From positions 558,001 to 622,000 of the forward strand of contig OZ025652.1 of assembly GCA_964019335.1 (NCBI GenBank): DNA of 64,000 bases, in the 5' to 3' direction. The notes under the pieces are model-generated. The model saw only the letters and a list, made by a program, of their open reading frames with translations, searched no databases and was not told where the DNA came from. The stretch's first letter is position 1, and each line of letters begins with the position of its first letter. The position numbers and the translations under genes are program-made. This document shows positions 40,343 to 52,263 of this stretch, piece after piece. Source of the stretch: Diplonema japonicum. Its lineage: Eukaryota; Protista; Euglenozoa: Diplonemea.

Positions 40343-41314
40343 CTACACTTTCCCTCCTGCTTCTACGCACAATACGTATTTCCTGTTGAGATGCAAGAGG
40401 GGCAGCGTGGCCGCGCAGACAGCCTTGCTCCAGATGTCCAACCGGAAGTTACACGTTGTACTGTTCTTGTTGTACGCCCAAGGGACAGCGTTGGGGTTAG
40501 GACCGTATCTGTCACGGTCAAGATGGTCGGGGCTGTGCAGGGTACAGTGGAACCAGATCGAAGTAGACCATGTAGTAGCGGGGAGGAGGGGGAAGGTAGG
40601 GGTGCAGGGTGTTGTGGATGTATATGTCGTGTGCAACGCTAGAGGGTCGAGGAAGTTGTGGTCCGGTGCTAGCTGGTAGGCATGTGTTCGATTTGGCATT
40701 CTCCCCATCTCGGTTCGGTTGGCCCGCAGGCTGTTCCCAGCAAGATCGAAGACGGTGAAGGTCTGGTTCCAGCAGTACTCCATGCCCCAGCCGTCAAGCG
40801 TTGCCACCCAGCATGCACTGCCCACGTCCTTCTTCATTTTCGCATCCGCCTCAACCACGACCTTGTCAATCTCCTCCCCCGACAGCTCCTTTGTTCCCTC
40901 ATCAGGCACATAGCACTTCCATTCGCCGTTCTTCTTATCCTTCATTGTCACTACCTTCTTGCTGACATTAACTATGATGTTGCCTCCTATTGATGGTTCG
41001 CCCTCTAGATCCAGCTGCACTTTCGTTCCTCTCAGATCATCAGGAAGCTGGTACCCACCCGTCAGCCTCACAACCCTGTATGTGCTCTCTGCCACCTCCT
41101 GTCGCGCTGGTACTACAGACATCTGCCTTGCGTTGACCCCATCTACATAAATACCGGGCCTCATGAAATAGTGAGGTTCCATCCACGGTGGGTACTCCTC
41201 TCCGTCTTGGGTGTCCTCGTAGTCCTCTTCCGTCTCCTCCCACATTGTCCTGCACACAGGGATGAAAAGCAGGACCAGGAAGGGGAGGAGCAAGCTGACT
41301 TGTTTCGTCATCAT
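40343..41314 (-). CDS. Secretory-pathway protein with OS-9/MRH-like lectin domain
   Basis: Signal peptide (MMTKQVSLLLPFLVLLF), WKCYVP, CW....DGWGMEYCW, later Cys spacing resembling MRH. Confidence 0.6.
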   Translation of the reverse strand: MMTKQVSLLLPFLVLLFIPVCRTMWEETEEDYEDTQDGEEYPPWMEPHYFMRPGIYVDGVNARQMSVVPARQEVAESTYRVVRLTGGYQLPDDLRGTKVQLDLEGEPSIGGNIIVNVSKKVVTMKDKKNGEWKCYVPDEGTKELSGEEIDKVVVEADAKMKKDVGSACWVATLDGWGMEYCWNQTFTVFDLAGNSLRANRTEMGRMPNRTHAYQLAPDHNFLDPLALHTTYTSTTPCTPTFPLLPATTWSTSIWFHCTLHSPDHLDRDRYGPNPNAVPWAYNKNSTTCNFRLDIWSKAVCAATLPLLHLNRKYVLCVEAGGKV

Positions 41315-41456
41315 TGTTTCCTTTTCTTTTTCTCTTGTTTTATTTCTCACACAGCTCCATTCCTGTGTGGGGTTTTTTCTCGTTTTTTTTTTTTTCCCCT
41401 TTTTTTTTTTGCTTTTGCTTTTTGTATTCCTTTTTGTTTGTTTGTTGTCTTTTCTC

Positions 41457-42845
41457 AATGGTCAGGTGTGGACGAGTTGTTTACCACTTGCCCGAAGGCA
41501 TCGTATAGGTATAGGGGCGATGTCCAGATAGTAGCTGTGGTTTGTCATCATTCTCAAAAGAAGCTTTTGTTGTTCTTTTTTCCCCATTTCCACATCTCCC
41601 AAACAGTAATGAGAACACGATGGCTACGAGGAAGCAAGCCCGCCCTTCTGCTGCTGGTCACTCAAAAGAAAGGACTTCCCTCTCTTCCATTTCCCCCATC
41701 CCACCACCCCTTTCCCTCCTCATTTCCCAAAAAGGCTCAGAAAAGGTACTCACATCTCATTCGGCGGGAGGAGGACAGCAGAAGCATCACCCTCAGCCTC
41801 CTCCCTCGTCAGAAATGAGGAATGCCATTGGAGTTTGTTGTTGGTCATCACAGCCTCCTTCCGGAAAAAAAAACGAAACAAAGGACCACACACACACACA
41901 CACACACACACACAACAGTAAATCATGACTCAGAAAGTACGTTCACTTGCTGCCAGCACAATGGCCAACAGCATCAACAAACAAACCAGCAATTGAGTGA
42001 AGTGGTAATCATCTCCACTGTTGCAAAAAAGAAGACACTCCTGATCAGGTGTGGACGAGTTGTTTACCACTTGCCCGAAGGCATCGTATAGGTATAGGGG
42101 CGATGTCCAGATAGTAGCTGTGGTTTGTCATCATTTCAGTGCCTTCCCTCCCCCCTTTTTTCTCCCCTCATTCTCTTCTCTTTTTTCCACATCTCCCAAA
42201 CAGTAATGAGAACACGATGGCTACGAGGAAGCAAGCCCGCCCTTCTGCTGCTGGTCACCAAAAGCTCAAAGAAGGAAACGATAAGAAAAGAAGAAAGACA
42301 AGCAGGACAACCAAGAGTGTCGGTGGGCAAAGACATCAGAACCTAATTGTGGTTGTTGCCGCTCATGAGCTTCCCCGATCTGGTCGAGGGCTTCGCGAAG
42401 AGGAATCCAAGTACAAGAGATCATCACTTGTCTGCCGGGGGTTTGCTTTCCGATGCAAGAAAAAGAAAAGCTCAAAAGTTCATTCTTCAGACAAAATAGA
42501 AACTGTCAAATCCAGGGGTAGAAGCACAACAGACACTTGTGCCTGTTCATTTGGGGAAAGAAGAATGGGTGATTGGTCTCATCATGTGTGTGGGTTCTCT
42601 TCAAAGGCACAAATGTTACACATCTTGGGTGAGACAGGTACAGCCGAGCTTACCAGTTTGTCGCGAAGAACATCAGCTGCGTTTAATTCACCCCTGTGTC
42701 TTGTGGTGGTAAGGATCCCTCTCTTTTGCTTTCGTCTCTCTTCTATGGTCAGGTGTGGACGAGTTGTTTACCACTTGCCCGAAGGCATCGTATAGGTATA
42801 GGGGCGATGTCCAGATAGTAGCTGTGGTTTGTCATCATTCTCAAA
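41457..42845 (-). ncRNA. snoRNA cluster 3 (10 genes; not preceded by a cathepsin on its 3' side)
   Basis: CD1, H2, CD2, CD3, CD1, H2, CD4, CD5, H1, CD1 in plus-coordinate order. Confidence 0.88.
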
Positions 42846-42947
42846 TTCGTAAAAACAAGTGCAAGTGTGAAGCAGAGACGAAATACAATAATACTTCAAA
42901 ATAGTCTAAAAAGAAGAGAGATACTTTGGGTTAGCTGTTGTACCTCT

Positions 42948-43574
42948 CTACTGTAAACGGGTTTTCGGTTTAATCTTTGCTTTTCCTTTTGCACTGTCGC
43001 TGTCTGGCTTGGGAGGTGTTTCCTCGGGGGGGGGCTTCTCTCCGGATAGCTTGCCATCTTCCCCTGCAAGGATGCGTTCCCTCAGCTGTGTGAGGAGGAC
43101 ACCAAGACGGTTTCTTCCCAGGTTTCTTTCAGGTGTCTCAAGGTCCCAAGCATAGTCGCCCCCATCAGCCCAGTAGGTATCATTCGCGGTATGCTCCACA
43201 AGGAACAGGCCACGGGACGCAAGGAGTGTTTCTCTGCAGTCTGCGTGTTGCGAGAACTTCGCTTCAATAGCCTTTATCATGACTTCCTCCTTCACAACTT
43301 CCCAGTCCCTTCGCAGGGGACGCTTCCTGCTCCTCCCCATCTGTGCTGCTTTCATTGGGCCATCTGCCCGCATCACCTCCAGGACATCTGCATCACTCCC
43401 CACGAACTTCATTGCTTGGAAGTAGTGCTCCGATGTCTTATAAGTCTTCCCCTCGATCACCACAGGGTGCGCCGAGAAGTTCGAGAAGCACCCATACACC
43501 CCTTTGTTCGAGTAGAACCACAGCTTTCCGTCGGGACACGTCATCTTTCGCAAGAGATGCCTGCTTTGCAACAT
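42948..43574 (-). CDS. NADAR family protein, copy 2 (possible short N-terminal extension MLQSRHLLRK; alternative start 43544)
   Basis: Same motifs as copy 1 with a few substitutions (WEVVK, DYAW) and a longer C-terminus. Confidence 0.92.
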   Translation of the reverse strand: MLQSRHLLRKMTCPDGKLWFYSNKGVYGCFSNFSAHPVVIEGKTYKTSEHYFQAMKFVGSDADVLEVMRADGPMKAAQMGRSRKRPLRRDWEVVKEEVMIKAIEAKFSQHADCRETLLASRGLFLVEHTANDTYWADGGDYAWDLETPERNLGRNRLGVLLTQLRERILAGEDGKLSGEKPPPEETPPKPDSDSAKGKAKIKPKTRLQ

Positions 43575-43654
43575 ATTTCAAAGAAAAGGCAACTTCGAAT
43601 AGTAAAGGTGTCAAAGGGAAGAGCAGGGGGGGGGGGGGGGGGGAGTAAAACCTC

Positions 43655-46379
43655 GTGGTTCCGTATGAAAGGCCAAGGTTGCCTTTGCACAGGGATGCCA
43701 AGAAAGTAAGTAGAACGACATGTCATTGCACGCTGTTTCGCCCGCCGCACGGGACAGACTATGAAACAAAAAAGGAAAAAAAAGAAAATTCAGAAACATG
43801 AAGAGGGACTCCTCATTTTACTGGACGTTGGGTTGTGGGTGAAAAGAAGAAAGAAAAGGAAAGAAGCAAATTTGAAAAAGTAGCACTTGCTGCTGTTTTG
43901 TGTTTTCATTTCATCATCATTGTTAACAACGCTTTCAGATCTCGGAGGTGCAGGGGGACTTGTTGAGGCCGCACTCGTTGGCACCCCTCTTGACCCTGAT
44001 GTAACCGTTCTCGCCCCAAGATGCCCCCCAGGAGTTCTTGATGATCCAGTAGTCGGCGGCGTAGCCAACGATGAGGACACCGTGGTCAAGGGTGCAGACC
44101 TCACAGCAGTTGGTGAGGATGCCTCCGTTGTAGGTCTGCCACTTGGTGGCGTCCACAGCGATGGAGAGGGGCCCGCTGGGACCGACGAACTCGGCCATCG
44201 CGTTCTCGTTGTGTGCGATGTCCTTGTGGCCCTTGATGGTGGCCCCCACCGCCTTCCCGGACACGTCGTGGCACACCCCGCTGAACCCGTCGCCAGAGGT
44301 GTAGTGGTACGAGGCCTCCGTCACGATCTGCCCGTTGTGTGTCTGCTGCAGCCACTTGAAGGCGTTGTCCATGAGACCACCGTTGCAGCCGTCGTCGATC
44401 TTGTCGCACGACACCAGCTCCTGCTCCGACAGCGAGGTCAGGGTGTTCCCCGCAAGGAACCACTGGCCCTCGATCCCTCCGGTCGTCGAGAAGGCCCAGC
44501 AGCTCCCGCACTGAGCCTGGTTCTTCACGTGGGTCACAGCTCCCTTTGTCCTCCAGTCCACCTCTGTGGGGGCTCCCGAAGTTGCCGAGGCGGTGTAGGC
44601 CGGTCCCTCCTTCTCAACAACCTTCAGGTTGTGGTACACCTTGAACTCCTCAGAAGACAGGTCAGAGAACCTGTTCACCCCGAAGGTTGCCCCCATCGCC
44701 TGCTCCTTCTCGTACTGGGCTCCCTTCAAAAGGTTCTTGGTGAAGATCTGGAACCTCCTCTCCTCCTCGGCAGCGCTGCTGTAGGCCTTGTTGTAGTCAG
44801 CCTTGAAGGTCCTGAACATCGTCCTCGAGTTCATCCTGATGTAGTCCTCAGACAGACCCTGCGCGCACCCCGCCAGCAGGGCGATCATCACTGCAGTACC
44901 GCAACGCATTTTGTGGGTGGTTCTCTTTTTTTCTTTTTTGCTTTCCTGAGAAAGTGAGGGTGTTGTGTTGTTTTGTCTTGTGGCTTGTAGTTTTAAGTTC
45001 TCTTTTCCTTTTTCGTTGTTCTCAGGGAAAACAATGTTTTGAAAAAAAAAAATCCAAAGTACAGGCTCAAAAAGAATATCTTGGGTGAGACAGGTACAGC
45101 CGAGCTTACCAGTTTGTCGCGAAGAACATCAGCTGCGTTTAATTCACCCCTGTGCCTTGTGTTGGTAAGGATCTTCTTCTTTTTTTTTTTGCCATTCCAT
45201 TTTGTTTCTTCTTTTTTTTTTTTTTTTTTGCCGTTGTTGTCTTCTCTCTTCTATGGTCAGGTGTGGACGAGTTGTTTACCACTTGCCCGAAGGCATCGTA
45301 TAGGTATAGGGGCGATGTCCAGATAGTAGCTGTGGTTTGTCATCATTCTCAAAAGAAGCTTTTGTTGTTCTTTTTTCCCCATTTCCACATCTCCCAAACA
45401 GTAATGAGAACACGATGGCTACGAGGAAGCAAGCCCGCCCTTCTGCTGCTGGTCACTCAAAAGAAAGGACTTCCCTCTCTTCCATTTCCCCCATCCCACC
45501 ACCCCTTTCCCTCCTCATTTCCCAAAAAGGCTCAGAAAAGGTACTCACATCTCATTCGGCGGGAGGAGGACAGCAGAAGCATCACCCTCAGCCTCCTCCC
45601 TCGTCAGAAATGAGGAATGCCATTGGAGTTTGTTGTTGGTCATCACAGCCTCCTTCCGGAAAAAAAAACGAAACAAAGGACCACACACACACACACACAC
45701 ACACACAACAGTAAATCATGACTCAGAAAGTACGTTCACTTGCTGCCAGCACAATGGCCAACAGCATCAACAAACAAACCAGCAATTGAGTGAAGTGGTA
45801 ATCATCTCCACTGTTGCAAAAAAGAAGACACTCCTGATCAGGTGTGGACGAGTTGTTTACCACTTGCCCGAAGGCATCGTATAGGTATAGGGGCGATGTC
45901 CAGATAGTAGCTGTGGTTTGTCATCATTTCAGTGCCTTCCCTCCCCCCTTTTTTCTCCCCTCATTCTCTTCTCTTTTTTCCACATCTCCCAAACAGTAAT
46001 GAGAACACGATGGCTACGAGGAAGCAAGCCCGCCCTTCTGCTGCTGGTCACCAAAAGCTCAAAGAAGGAAACGATAAGAAAAGAAGAAAGACAAGCAGGA
46101 CAACCAAGAGTGTCGGTGGGCAAAGACATCAGAACCTAATTGTGGTTGTTGCCGCTCATGAGCTTCCCCGATCTGGTCGAGGGCTTCGCGAAGAGGAATC
46201 CAAGTACAAGAGATCATCACTTGTCTGCCGGGGGTTTGCTTTCCGATGCAAGAAAAAGAAAAGCTCAAAAGTTCATTCTTCAGACAAAATAGAAACTGTC
46301 AAATCCAGGGGTAGAAGCACAACAGACACTTGTGCCTGTTCATTTGGGGAAAGAAGAATGGGTGATTGGTCTCATCATG
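43655..46379. repeat. Segmental duplication unit, copy 3
   Basis: Near-identical to copies 1 and 2 with a shorter CAT microsatellite and a few substitutions. Confidence 0.95.
43935..44909 (-). CDS. Cathepsin L-like cysteine peptidase, copy 3
   Basis: Identical protein; differences seen (~44004, ~44484-44487) are synonymous. Confidence 0.97.
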   Translation of the reverse strand: MRCGTAVMIALLAGCAQGLSEDYIRMNSRTMFRTFKADYNKAYSSAAEEERRFQIFTKNLLKGAQYEKEQAMGATFGVNRFSDLSSEEFKVYHNLKVVEKEGPAYTASATSGAPTEVDWRTKGAVTHVKNQAQCGSCWAFSTTGGIEGQWFLAGNTLTSLSEQELVSCDKIDDGCNGGLMDNAFKWLQQTHNGQIVTEASYHYTSGDGFSGVCHDVSGKAVGATIKGHKDIAHNENAMAEFVGPSGPLSIAVDATKWQTYNGGILTNCCEVCTLDHGVLIVGYAADYWIIKNSWGASWGENGYIRVKRGANECGLNKSPCTSEI

Positions 46380-46490
46380 TGTGTGGGTTCTCTTCAAAGG
46401 CACAAATGTTACACATCTTGGGTGAGACAGGTACAGCCGAGCTTACCAGTTTGTCGCGAAGAACATCAGCTGCGTTTAATTCACCCCTGT
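45076..46490 (-). ncRNA. snoRNA cluster 4 (10 genes: full module plus an extra H1)
   Basis: Same units as cluster 1; last H1 at 46413-46489. Confidence 0.88.
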
Positions 46491-47137
46491 GTCTTGTGGT
46501 GGTTTTTTTTCATTTTTTTATTTTTTTTTTTGACGTTGTTGTCTCAAATCGTTGATGACTTATAGCTGCACAACGGGGTGTATCCAAACCCTCTATGCTT
46601 CTATGAATCAACTGGCCGCCAACAGAAAACAGCCTTTGGTACAAAAAAAGAAGAAAAATAAAAGAAAGAAAGAAAGATGAAACATGAAAATAGAAACCTT
46701 AAGCTAGTTCTCTTGTTTTGCTATTAAAGAAAGATAAAGAGAAAAACAAAAAAACAACAAAAAAAAAAAAAAAAACATAAGTTCTTTTCCACTTGTCAGT
46801 CACCTTTTCTTTTCTTCCTTCAAAAAAAAAAGTTATCTTTACCCTCTTCTGTTTTTTTTTTTTCTCTTTTTTTTTCTCTTTATTTTCATTTTCCCTCTCT
46901 TTTCCCCATCCTTTTTCCTTTTTTCTACAAGTTAAATTGTGCTTTCACGCATCCGAGCCCCCTTTAGGCAAGTGTAAAGGAGCACACAGGGCGGGATAAG
47001 CCTCCCTTTTTTTTTTCTTTTTTTCTTCTTCTGATATAGGAGAGGGGGGGAAAATTTATTTTTTTTTTTGCATTAGGGACTAAACTCAGAGAGAGGGTAA
47101 AAGAAGATTACAGAAAAAACGGGGGGGGGTAAAAAAA

Positions 47138-48686
47138 TCATTCAGGAAGGGTATGTTTCTCCTGACACGGACTGTCTTCGCCATCGAAGTGCAGAGCTGC
47201 TTCACCGCTACAGTCGGTCACGCAGAAGAAACACCAAACACACCCGCAAGAGCATTTCACTGCATTGCTCCCATCCTCGCTCCGTTCCCCTGGCTGCTTG
47301 CAACGTGGGCATTTCTTGTGGCTGATCCGCTTCACCTATTTTATTTTAAAAAAAAAAAATAATAAAATCCCCCCCCCCAACCCTCCCGAAACAAACCATC
47401 TCAAACAGTTCCCAGTCAGGATCGTTGGTGATATCTTTCGTAATATGAGGCCGAAGCCACTCTGGGAGTGACTCTAAAGAGGTGCTTATTGTGCCCGATG
47501 TTTCAATCTATTTCAGTTTTTTTTTTTTTTAAATAATTCACACCTTCAAAGTGCAAAACGAAGTATGCAGGGAAACATGATGGCTCAACTCGTAGAAGTA
47601 AGACCCTGTTTGGTTCTGCTCCATCCACAGCAACTTGTCAAACTCGATGGGGTTGTACTGAGTGTGCGCCAACTTAAGCAGGGCGAGGAATTCCTTCTGC
47701 GAGATGTGTCGTTCGGTGTACCGCTCGGGCAGCTTCCGCCCGAGGGTGAAGGAAAAGCTGTTGTTTTGCTTTCTGGTCCGTAGGAAGCTTTGCAGCTCGG
47801 GTTTTGTGTTCTGCAAGAACACAAGGGTGGTCTGGACCCTTTCAAGATGCGGGAGATGTTTGCTGAAATCCTCTCTAACGACCTCAGTGGAGAGTTCGAA
47901 GGTAACAGAGTTCGAGGGAACGGTGATGTCGACCACAGAACACAAGGTATCCCACACACGTTGGATCTTCTCGTCGTATCCTGTCGAATTATCAATTTGT
48001 ATGTTTTTCTTGTGGCCTTTCCATGCGGCCTGTATCTTACGGTCAAGCGCGGCTGCCTGTTCAGGAGTCTCATGCCGGTACACAGTGTTTACATAATAAC
48101 GTGGCGCACCTATGGCTGTTGTAACCATGTGGAGGACAAGGTCGTAGCGATCGTCAATAAACGCGGAGTCGTCCCATCCCATTTCGATCATTACCCTTTC
48201 CCAGGTGGAATCGTCCATGTATGCTCGTGCGTCGACGACACCTCGGTCACACAGGATGACTGTTGGTTGTGAGGAAGCTCGTGCTATAGCTTCGTAAGAG
48301 TCCTCCATTTGCATTTGAACAATCATTCTCGATGTCTCCCATGTCAGCTGGTGTTCCTGGTTGGAGTTCACCGGGAAGCCTGCTCCTGCGGTGCTGAACA
48401 TGGTCGCGTTCTCTGGTACGGTGTATACCTTGAAGCCGTGGGACATTAGTTTATCTGCCAAGACGGAGAGTGATGTTGTCTTCCCCCCGCATGGGCCGCC
48501 TGTTAGGACCACCTTCCATACAGATTGAACCTTCCCTCCTACCACCGATAGGCTTTCGATGCTCGGTACTTTTTTAAAACCACCCACCGGCATGTGAACG
48601 CTTCCCCCGCGGATATCCTTTAGCAGGTCGTTTACTTTTTCTGTGTAGCCGTGGCTGTCTTCCCTTTCATCGTCCATGGGGTCCAT
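47138..48686 (-). CDS. AAA_28 (NadR/TTD14-like) P-loop + CYTH-like + C-terminal IBR/RING2-like protein, 3 exons
   Basis: VLTGGPCGGKTT, VPENAT, ILCDRG; exons 48686-47544, 47507-47397, 47335-47138 join in phase 0 via 36-nt and 61-nt GT-AG introns; exon 2 LPEWL..ITKDITNDPDW; exon 3 KCPRC...GSNAVKCSCG..WCFFC. Confidence 0.8.
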
Positions 48687-48811
48687 GGTGGTTTTTTTTC
48701 TTTTTTTCTTCTTTTTTTCTGACCTCCTCCCCTCCCCCCCTCCCCTCCCTATGGAAATGAGAAGGGAAAACGAGTGAGGGGGGGGGGGGAGAGGGGGGAA
48801 AAAATGTGATT

Positions 48812-50278
48812 CTACTTCCATTTATAATCGTTGCCCCTCCCCGTTCGAACCCGGAGGTATTTCATGGGCACCATCGCGGCTTCCTCAAGAAGCCTTTCTG
48901 TTAAAATTGTTTCGTAGCACAGCACCGCGCCGATTTGATGGAGTTTTGCGTAGTTAGGAGGGACGGGCCCGGTCCACGCCCAGGATTTGTCCGCTGTTGG
49001 TGAGATGTTGAGCTGAGCGAGAATAGTTGTGAGTGACTCTGCCACTTGCGAGAGGCGGTTTTTTAACGCTGAAATTAATGCGGCGGCTGCGGTGACCTCA
49101 GAAAGAGGTCCTATGGGACGGTTGGCAACTGCATTGTGCCAGTTGAACGACTCGGATTTAGCTGTGTAAAGCAGCCTCAAGGCACAGAGCGACGGTGCGT
49201 TCAGGAGAACAGTGTCATCCCGCGCTCCAAAATTCAACGCGTATTTGTTCAAATCTATCTCGGGGCCGCCGAAGTCGTACAGAACCTTGAACAGTGCGAT
49301 AGTTTTCGGGACGTCCACAACGATGTCCGATCGGAACTCTTCTGGGACCAAAAGCTCCCAGTCCTCAGCGTCGGGAACACAATCCTGCATGAGAATGTGT
49401 GACTCCTCTGTGTAATCGATCAGCTTCAGACTCTCCTCTGCTTTTGGAGTCAGAATGTACTCCAACCACCATGGCACAGGAGCAGAATTGACTTCATTCG
49501 CAACAAATGAGGGAAGCATTGATAAATTTGCGTTTACAAAGCCGTAATGGAAGAAATACGCTTGTGGCCCACCACCGCCGTATGTCACATAAACTTCTTC
49601 TCCAGAACGGGTGGTCGAAGCGGAGTGCATTACGTAGGTATCCCCGTCTCGTTTAAACTCGGACCCATGCGGGGAATGGTTGAACATGTCGCCAAAAGGA
49701 AGCACAACAGGCTCGTGGTCTATATAGTACATCCTTGAGAGGCACATGGAAACTGCCCATTTGTAATCGAGAAATGTGATGCCTTTCAAAATTCCTGAGA
49801 ACATTCCCATGGACGACAGGCTGTGGTACTCTCCGGAAAGTTCTTCGATGGCCCAGCCCAGCCTGTCGAAAGCGGTCGAGGGGTGCAAGAGCGAGACTTC
49901 CTGTTCTGTGAAGAAAAATGGGATTTCCGGTTTAGTTGGAAGACTTGCTATGTAATCTGCCCATTCGGAGGTGCTTTTAAGTCCTTTATGGTATGCTAGA
50001 TATATGTGGATTGCAACTACATCTGACAGGTTGCTATGTTGCAGAATTTTTCCTATTTCGTCGTTAGCTTCGTAGATCCGGCTGGGGCGAATCGTCATGC
50101 CTCTTGGGATCACCGCTACCACCATGCCTTTCTCCAGAGTCTGGCCTTGTTTCACAACCACCCCGAGCCCCAACCCTTGGGGGCTTTCCCCCACCTCTAC
50201 CGCATCGTGCTTGAAACCACCGTTATTCACAATCCCTTCTACAACGTGCTCTGCTTTATCTTTGCACGATTTTTCCAT
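48812..50278 (-). CDS. SET-domain protein lysine methyltransferase (Rubisco LSMT/SETD3-like)
   Basis: GLGV, W..YI.SLP, YKWA.S..LSR, LPFGDMFNH, GEEVYVTYG, FFHYGF; start MEKSCK. Confidence 0.88.
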   Translation of the reverse strand: MEKSCKDKAEHVVEGIVNNGGFKHDAVEVGESPQGLGLGVVVKQGQTLEKGMVVAVIPRGMTIRPSRIYEANDEIGKILQHSNLSDVVAIHIYLAYHKGLKSTSEWADYIASLPTKPEIPFFFTEQEVSLLHPSTAFDRLGWAIEELSGEYHSLSSMGMFSGILKGITFLDYKWAVSMCLSRMYYIDHEPVVLPFGDMFNHSPHGSEFKRDGDTYVMHSASTTRSGEEVYVTYGGGGPQAYFFHYGFVNANLSMLPSFVANEVNSAPVPWWLEYILTPKAEESLKLIDYTEESHILMQDCVPDAEDWELLVPEEFRSDIVVDVPKTIALFKVLYDFGGPEIDLNKYALNFGARDDTVLLNAPSLCALRLLYTAKSESFNWHNAVANRPIGPLSEVTAAAALISALKNRLSQVAESLTTILAQLNISPTADKSWAWTGPVPPNYAKLHQIGAVLCYETILTERLLEEAAMVPMKYLRVRTGRGNDYKWK

Positions 50279-50640
50279 ATTTTTTTTCTCTTTTTTTTTT
50301 TTTTTTTTCGTTGCAAAGGAAAACAAGTTGAAGAAAATAAATCTAAGAAAGATGATCCGCATGAAACAATGGAGGGAGCATCATTTGCAGACTCTGAAAG
50401 AAACCAGCCAAAAAAAAAAAAAAAAAAAAAAAAACGGAGGCCTTTGTTCCCCCCCTTCCGTAAAATTTAAAGATCGGATTCCTTTTCCGCCAAAAAAAAG
50501 ATGAACGAAAAACTCGATCGAAAAGCCAAAAACGACAAGTAAATGACCCTCGGAAATTTAGAGCCATATTATTCGTTCTAAAATCGTATTTTTTTTTTTT
50601 TTTGAATTTTCTTTTTGTCACCCATTCTTTGTAATCTAGT

Positions 50641-52113
50641 TCACTCGGAACTGGTAGTGGGTGTCGGTTCCTCGGTTTGTTGTGCCACTGTCTTCTCGTC
50701 TTCGGGTGGCGTCTCGGGGTCTTCTCCCTTTTTGGGTTCGCTCTCTTCATCAGGGAATGAAAGAGCGAAGTTCTCCCTCCCCCGGTTAAGCTTCTCCATC
50801 ACAGTAAACCGATGCACCATACGCTCTTCCCAGATCTGCTTCTCATGCTCTTCTGTTAAGGATGCTTCACCCCAACCCATCATGCTGAACAGCTCAACAA
50901 GACACGGCAATAGTTTGACACCAACGTCTCGAAGCTCTTCCTTTAAAACATTGAGCTCAGCACCTCTTGACACGTTCAATGTGTCCAAACCAACGAAGGC
51001 CACCTCTGAGTAGTAGAAGTCTCTTTTCCGTATGGTTTGGCGCGATGTCACCTTCCAAACAGTCACTTTTAAAGACCCCTTGGTGTACACACCCACGACA
51101 GGGTCTTCAGGGTCTGCCATGCTCTTGACACGATAGCATCCAATGTTGAAGCAGTACTCCAGTGGGATGAAGATGCCCGACGCAGTCATGTGCAGGGAAT
51201 CGACGAATTTCTTCACATGTTCGTCTTCAGTTGTTGTTGTTATATTGTTGACTCTGATCCGAGAAGCTGGTAACGACGTACCCGGTGCAGCACAGTCCAC
51301 TCGTGTGTTCATGCATTGGTTGTTCACAGCTTCCGTGAAGCGAATCTCCCCGCCAAGACCTTGCTGTGTGAAGATGAGGTCGTAAGTCGATGTCAGATTT
51401 GGGACCGTCACGCTCTTCAGCTGGTGGATGATCTCACAGGTGTTTTCCTTGTTGAACCCTTCGAATTTAGGTAAGACATTACCATCCCGTACTTCTGGAT
51501 CATACTCCATTCCCACGTCGGTGTTGTTGAGAGCTTGGATGAGGTCAAAGGGGCGCAAGATCCTGCCCGATAACAAGTACGAAACGTCAATGTTTGTCTT
51601 ATTGGAATACAGAGTTCGTCCTAAGGTAGCTGATATAGTCAGCTTCCCGTTGGGCTTAATCTTCTGAGCTTCGTTGATACAGTTTTGCATGATTCGTGTA
51701 TAGACATCCTTCAGAGTGGCATCTACATCTTCGTGGAGGCGTGCGTATGGTGTGGCAGGCTTGGGGAAGACTTCAGTTTGTTGTATGTACTTATGCTGTC
51801 TGTCAGTGGTTTCCTTTGTTGTGAAGGTGAAATGCGTCCCGCCTGCATGCTCTGCTTCCAACAACATCTTCATTTGGTTGACAGGTTCCTTCCCATCAGT
51901 GCTGCCCGTTTCTTCCTCTTCCTGTCCCTGTTCTGCGTTCTTCATCAGCATGATCAGCGTCGCCTTTTTAATGGGTTCCGTTTGCTTAAAATGTCTTCCT
52001 TTCTTCCCCTTTTTCCCTCCCTTCTTTGAACCCTTTCCCTTCTTGCCTCCCTTTGGTGCTTCTTCTGCCTCCATCCCTTCGAAGTTCGCATTCCTTGGGT
52101 CACGCGAGCTCAT
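50641..52113 (-). CDS. Hypothetical protein with Lys/Gly-rich N-terminus
   Basis: Long ORF, likely start MSSRDP; no family recognised. Confidence 0.7.
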   Translation of the reverse strand: MSSRDPRNANFEGMEAEEAPKGGKKGKGSKKGGKKGKKGRHFKQTEPIKKATLIMLMKNAEQGQEEEETGSTDGKEPVNQMKMLLEAEHAGGTHFTFTTKETTDRQHKYIQQTEVFPKPATPYARLHEDVDATLKDVYTRIMQNCINEAQKIKPNGKLTISATLGRTLYSNKTNIDVSYLLSGRILRPFDLIQALNNTDVGMEYDPEVRDGNVLPKFEGFNKENTCEIIHQLKSVTVPNLTSTYDLIFTQQGLGGEIRFTEAVNNQCMNTRVDCAAPGTSLPASRIRVNNITTTTEDEHVKKFVDSLHMTASGIFIPLEYCFNIGCYRVKSMADPEDPVVGVYTKGSLKVTVWKVTSRQTIRKRDFYYSEVAFVGLDTLNVSRGAELNVLKEELRDVGVKLLPCLVELFSMMGWGEASLTEEHEKQIWEERMVHRFTVMEKLNRGRENFALSFPDEESEPKKGEDPETPPEDEKTVAQQTEEPTPTTSSE

Positions 52114-52263
52114 TGTAAAACCCCTGTAAGGTGTTGGCGGCTTGAAGCAACGACATAAAGCCGGGTGAATGATGGCATGAATACAACGCAGAGAAGCGCC
52201 ACAGGATGACCGTGTGGCTACTGGGAGTCGGTGGCAAGAAGAACGGATGAACACAGAATGCGT

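Noticed and set aside
46540-46615. Hairpin upstream of cluster 4 ending near AGA
   Set aside because: Stem does not abut the AGA, single copy, no target found
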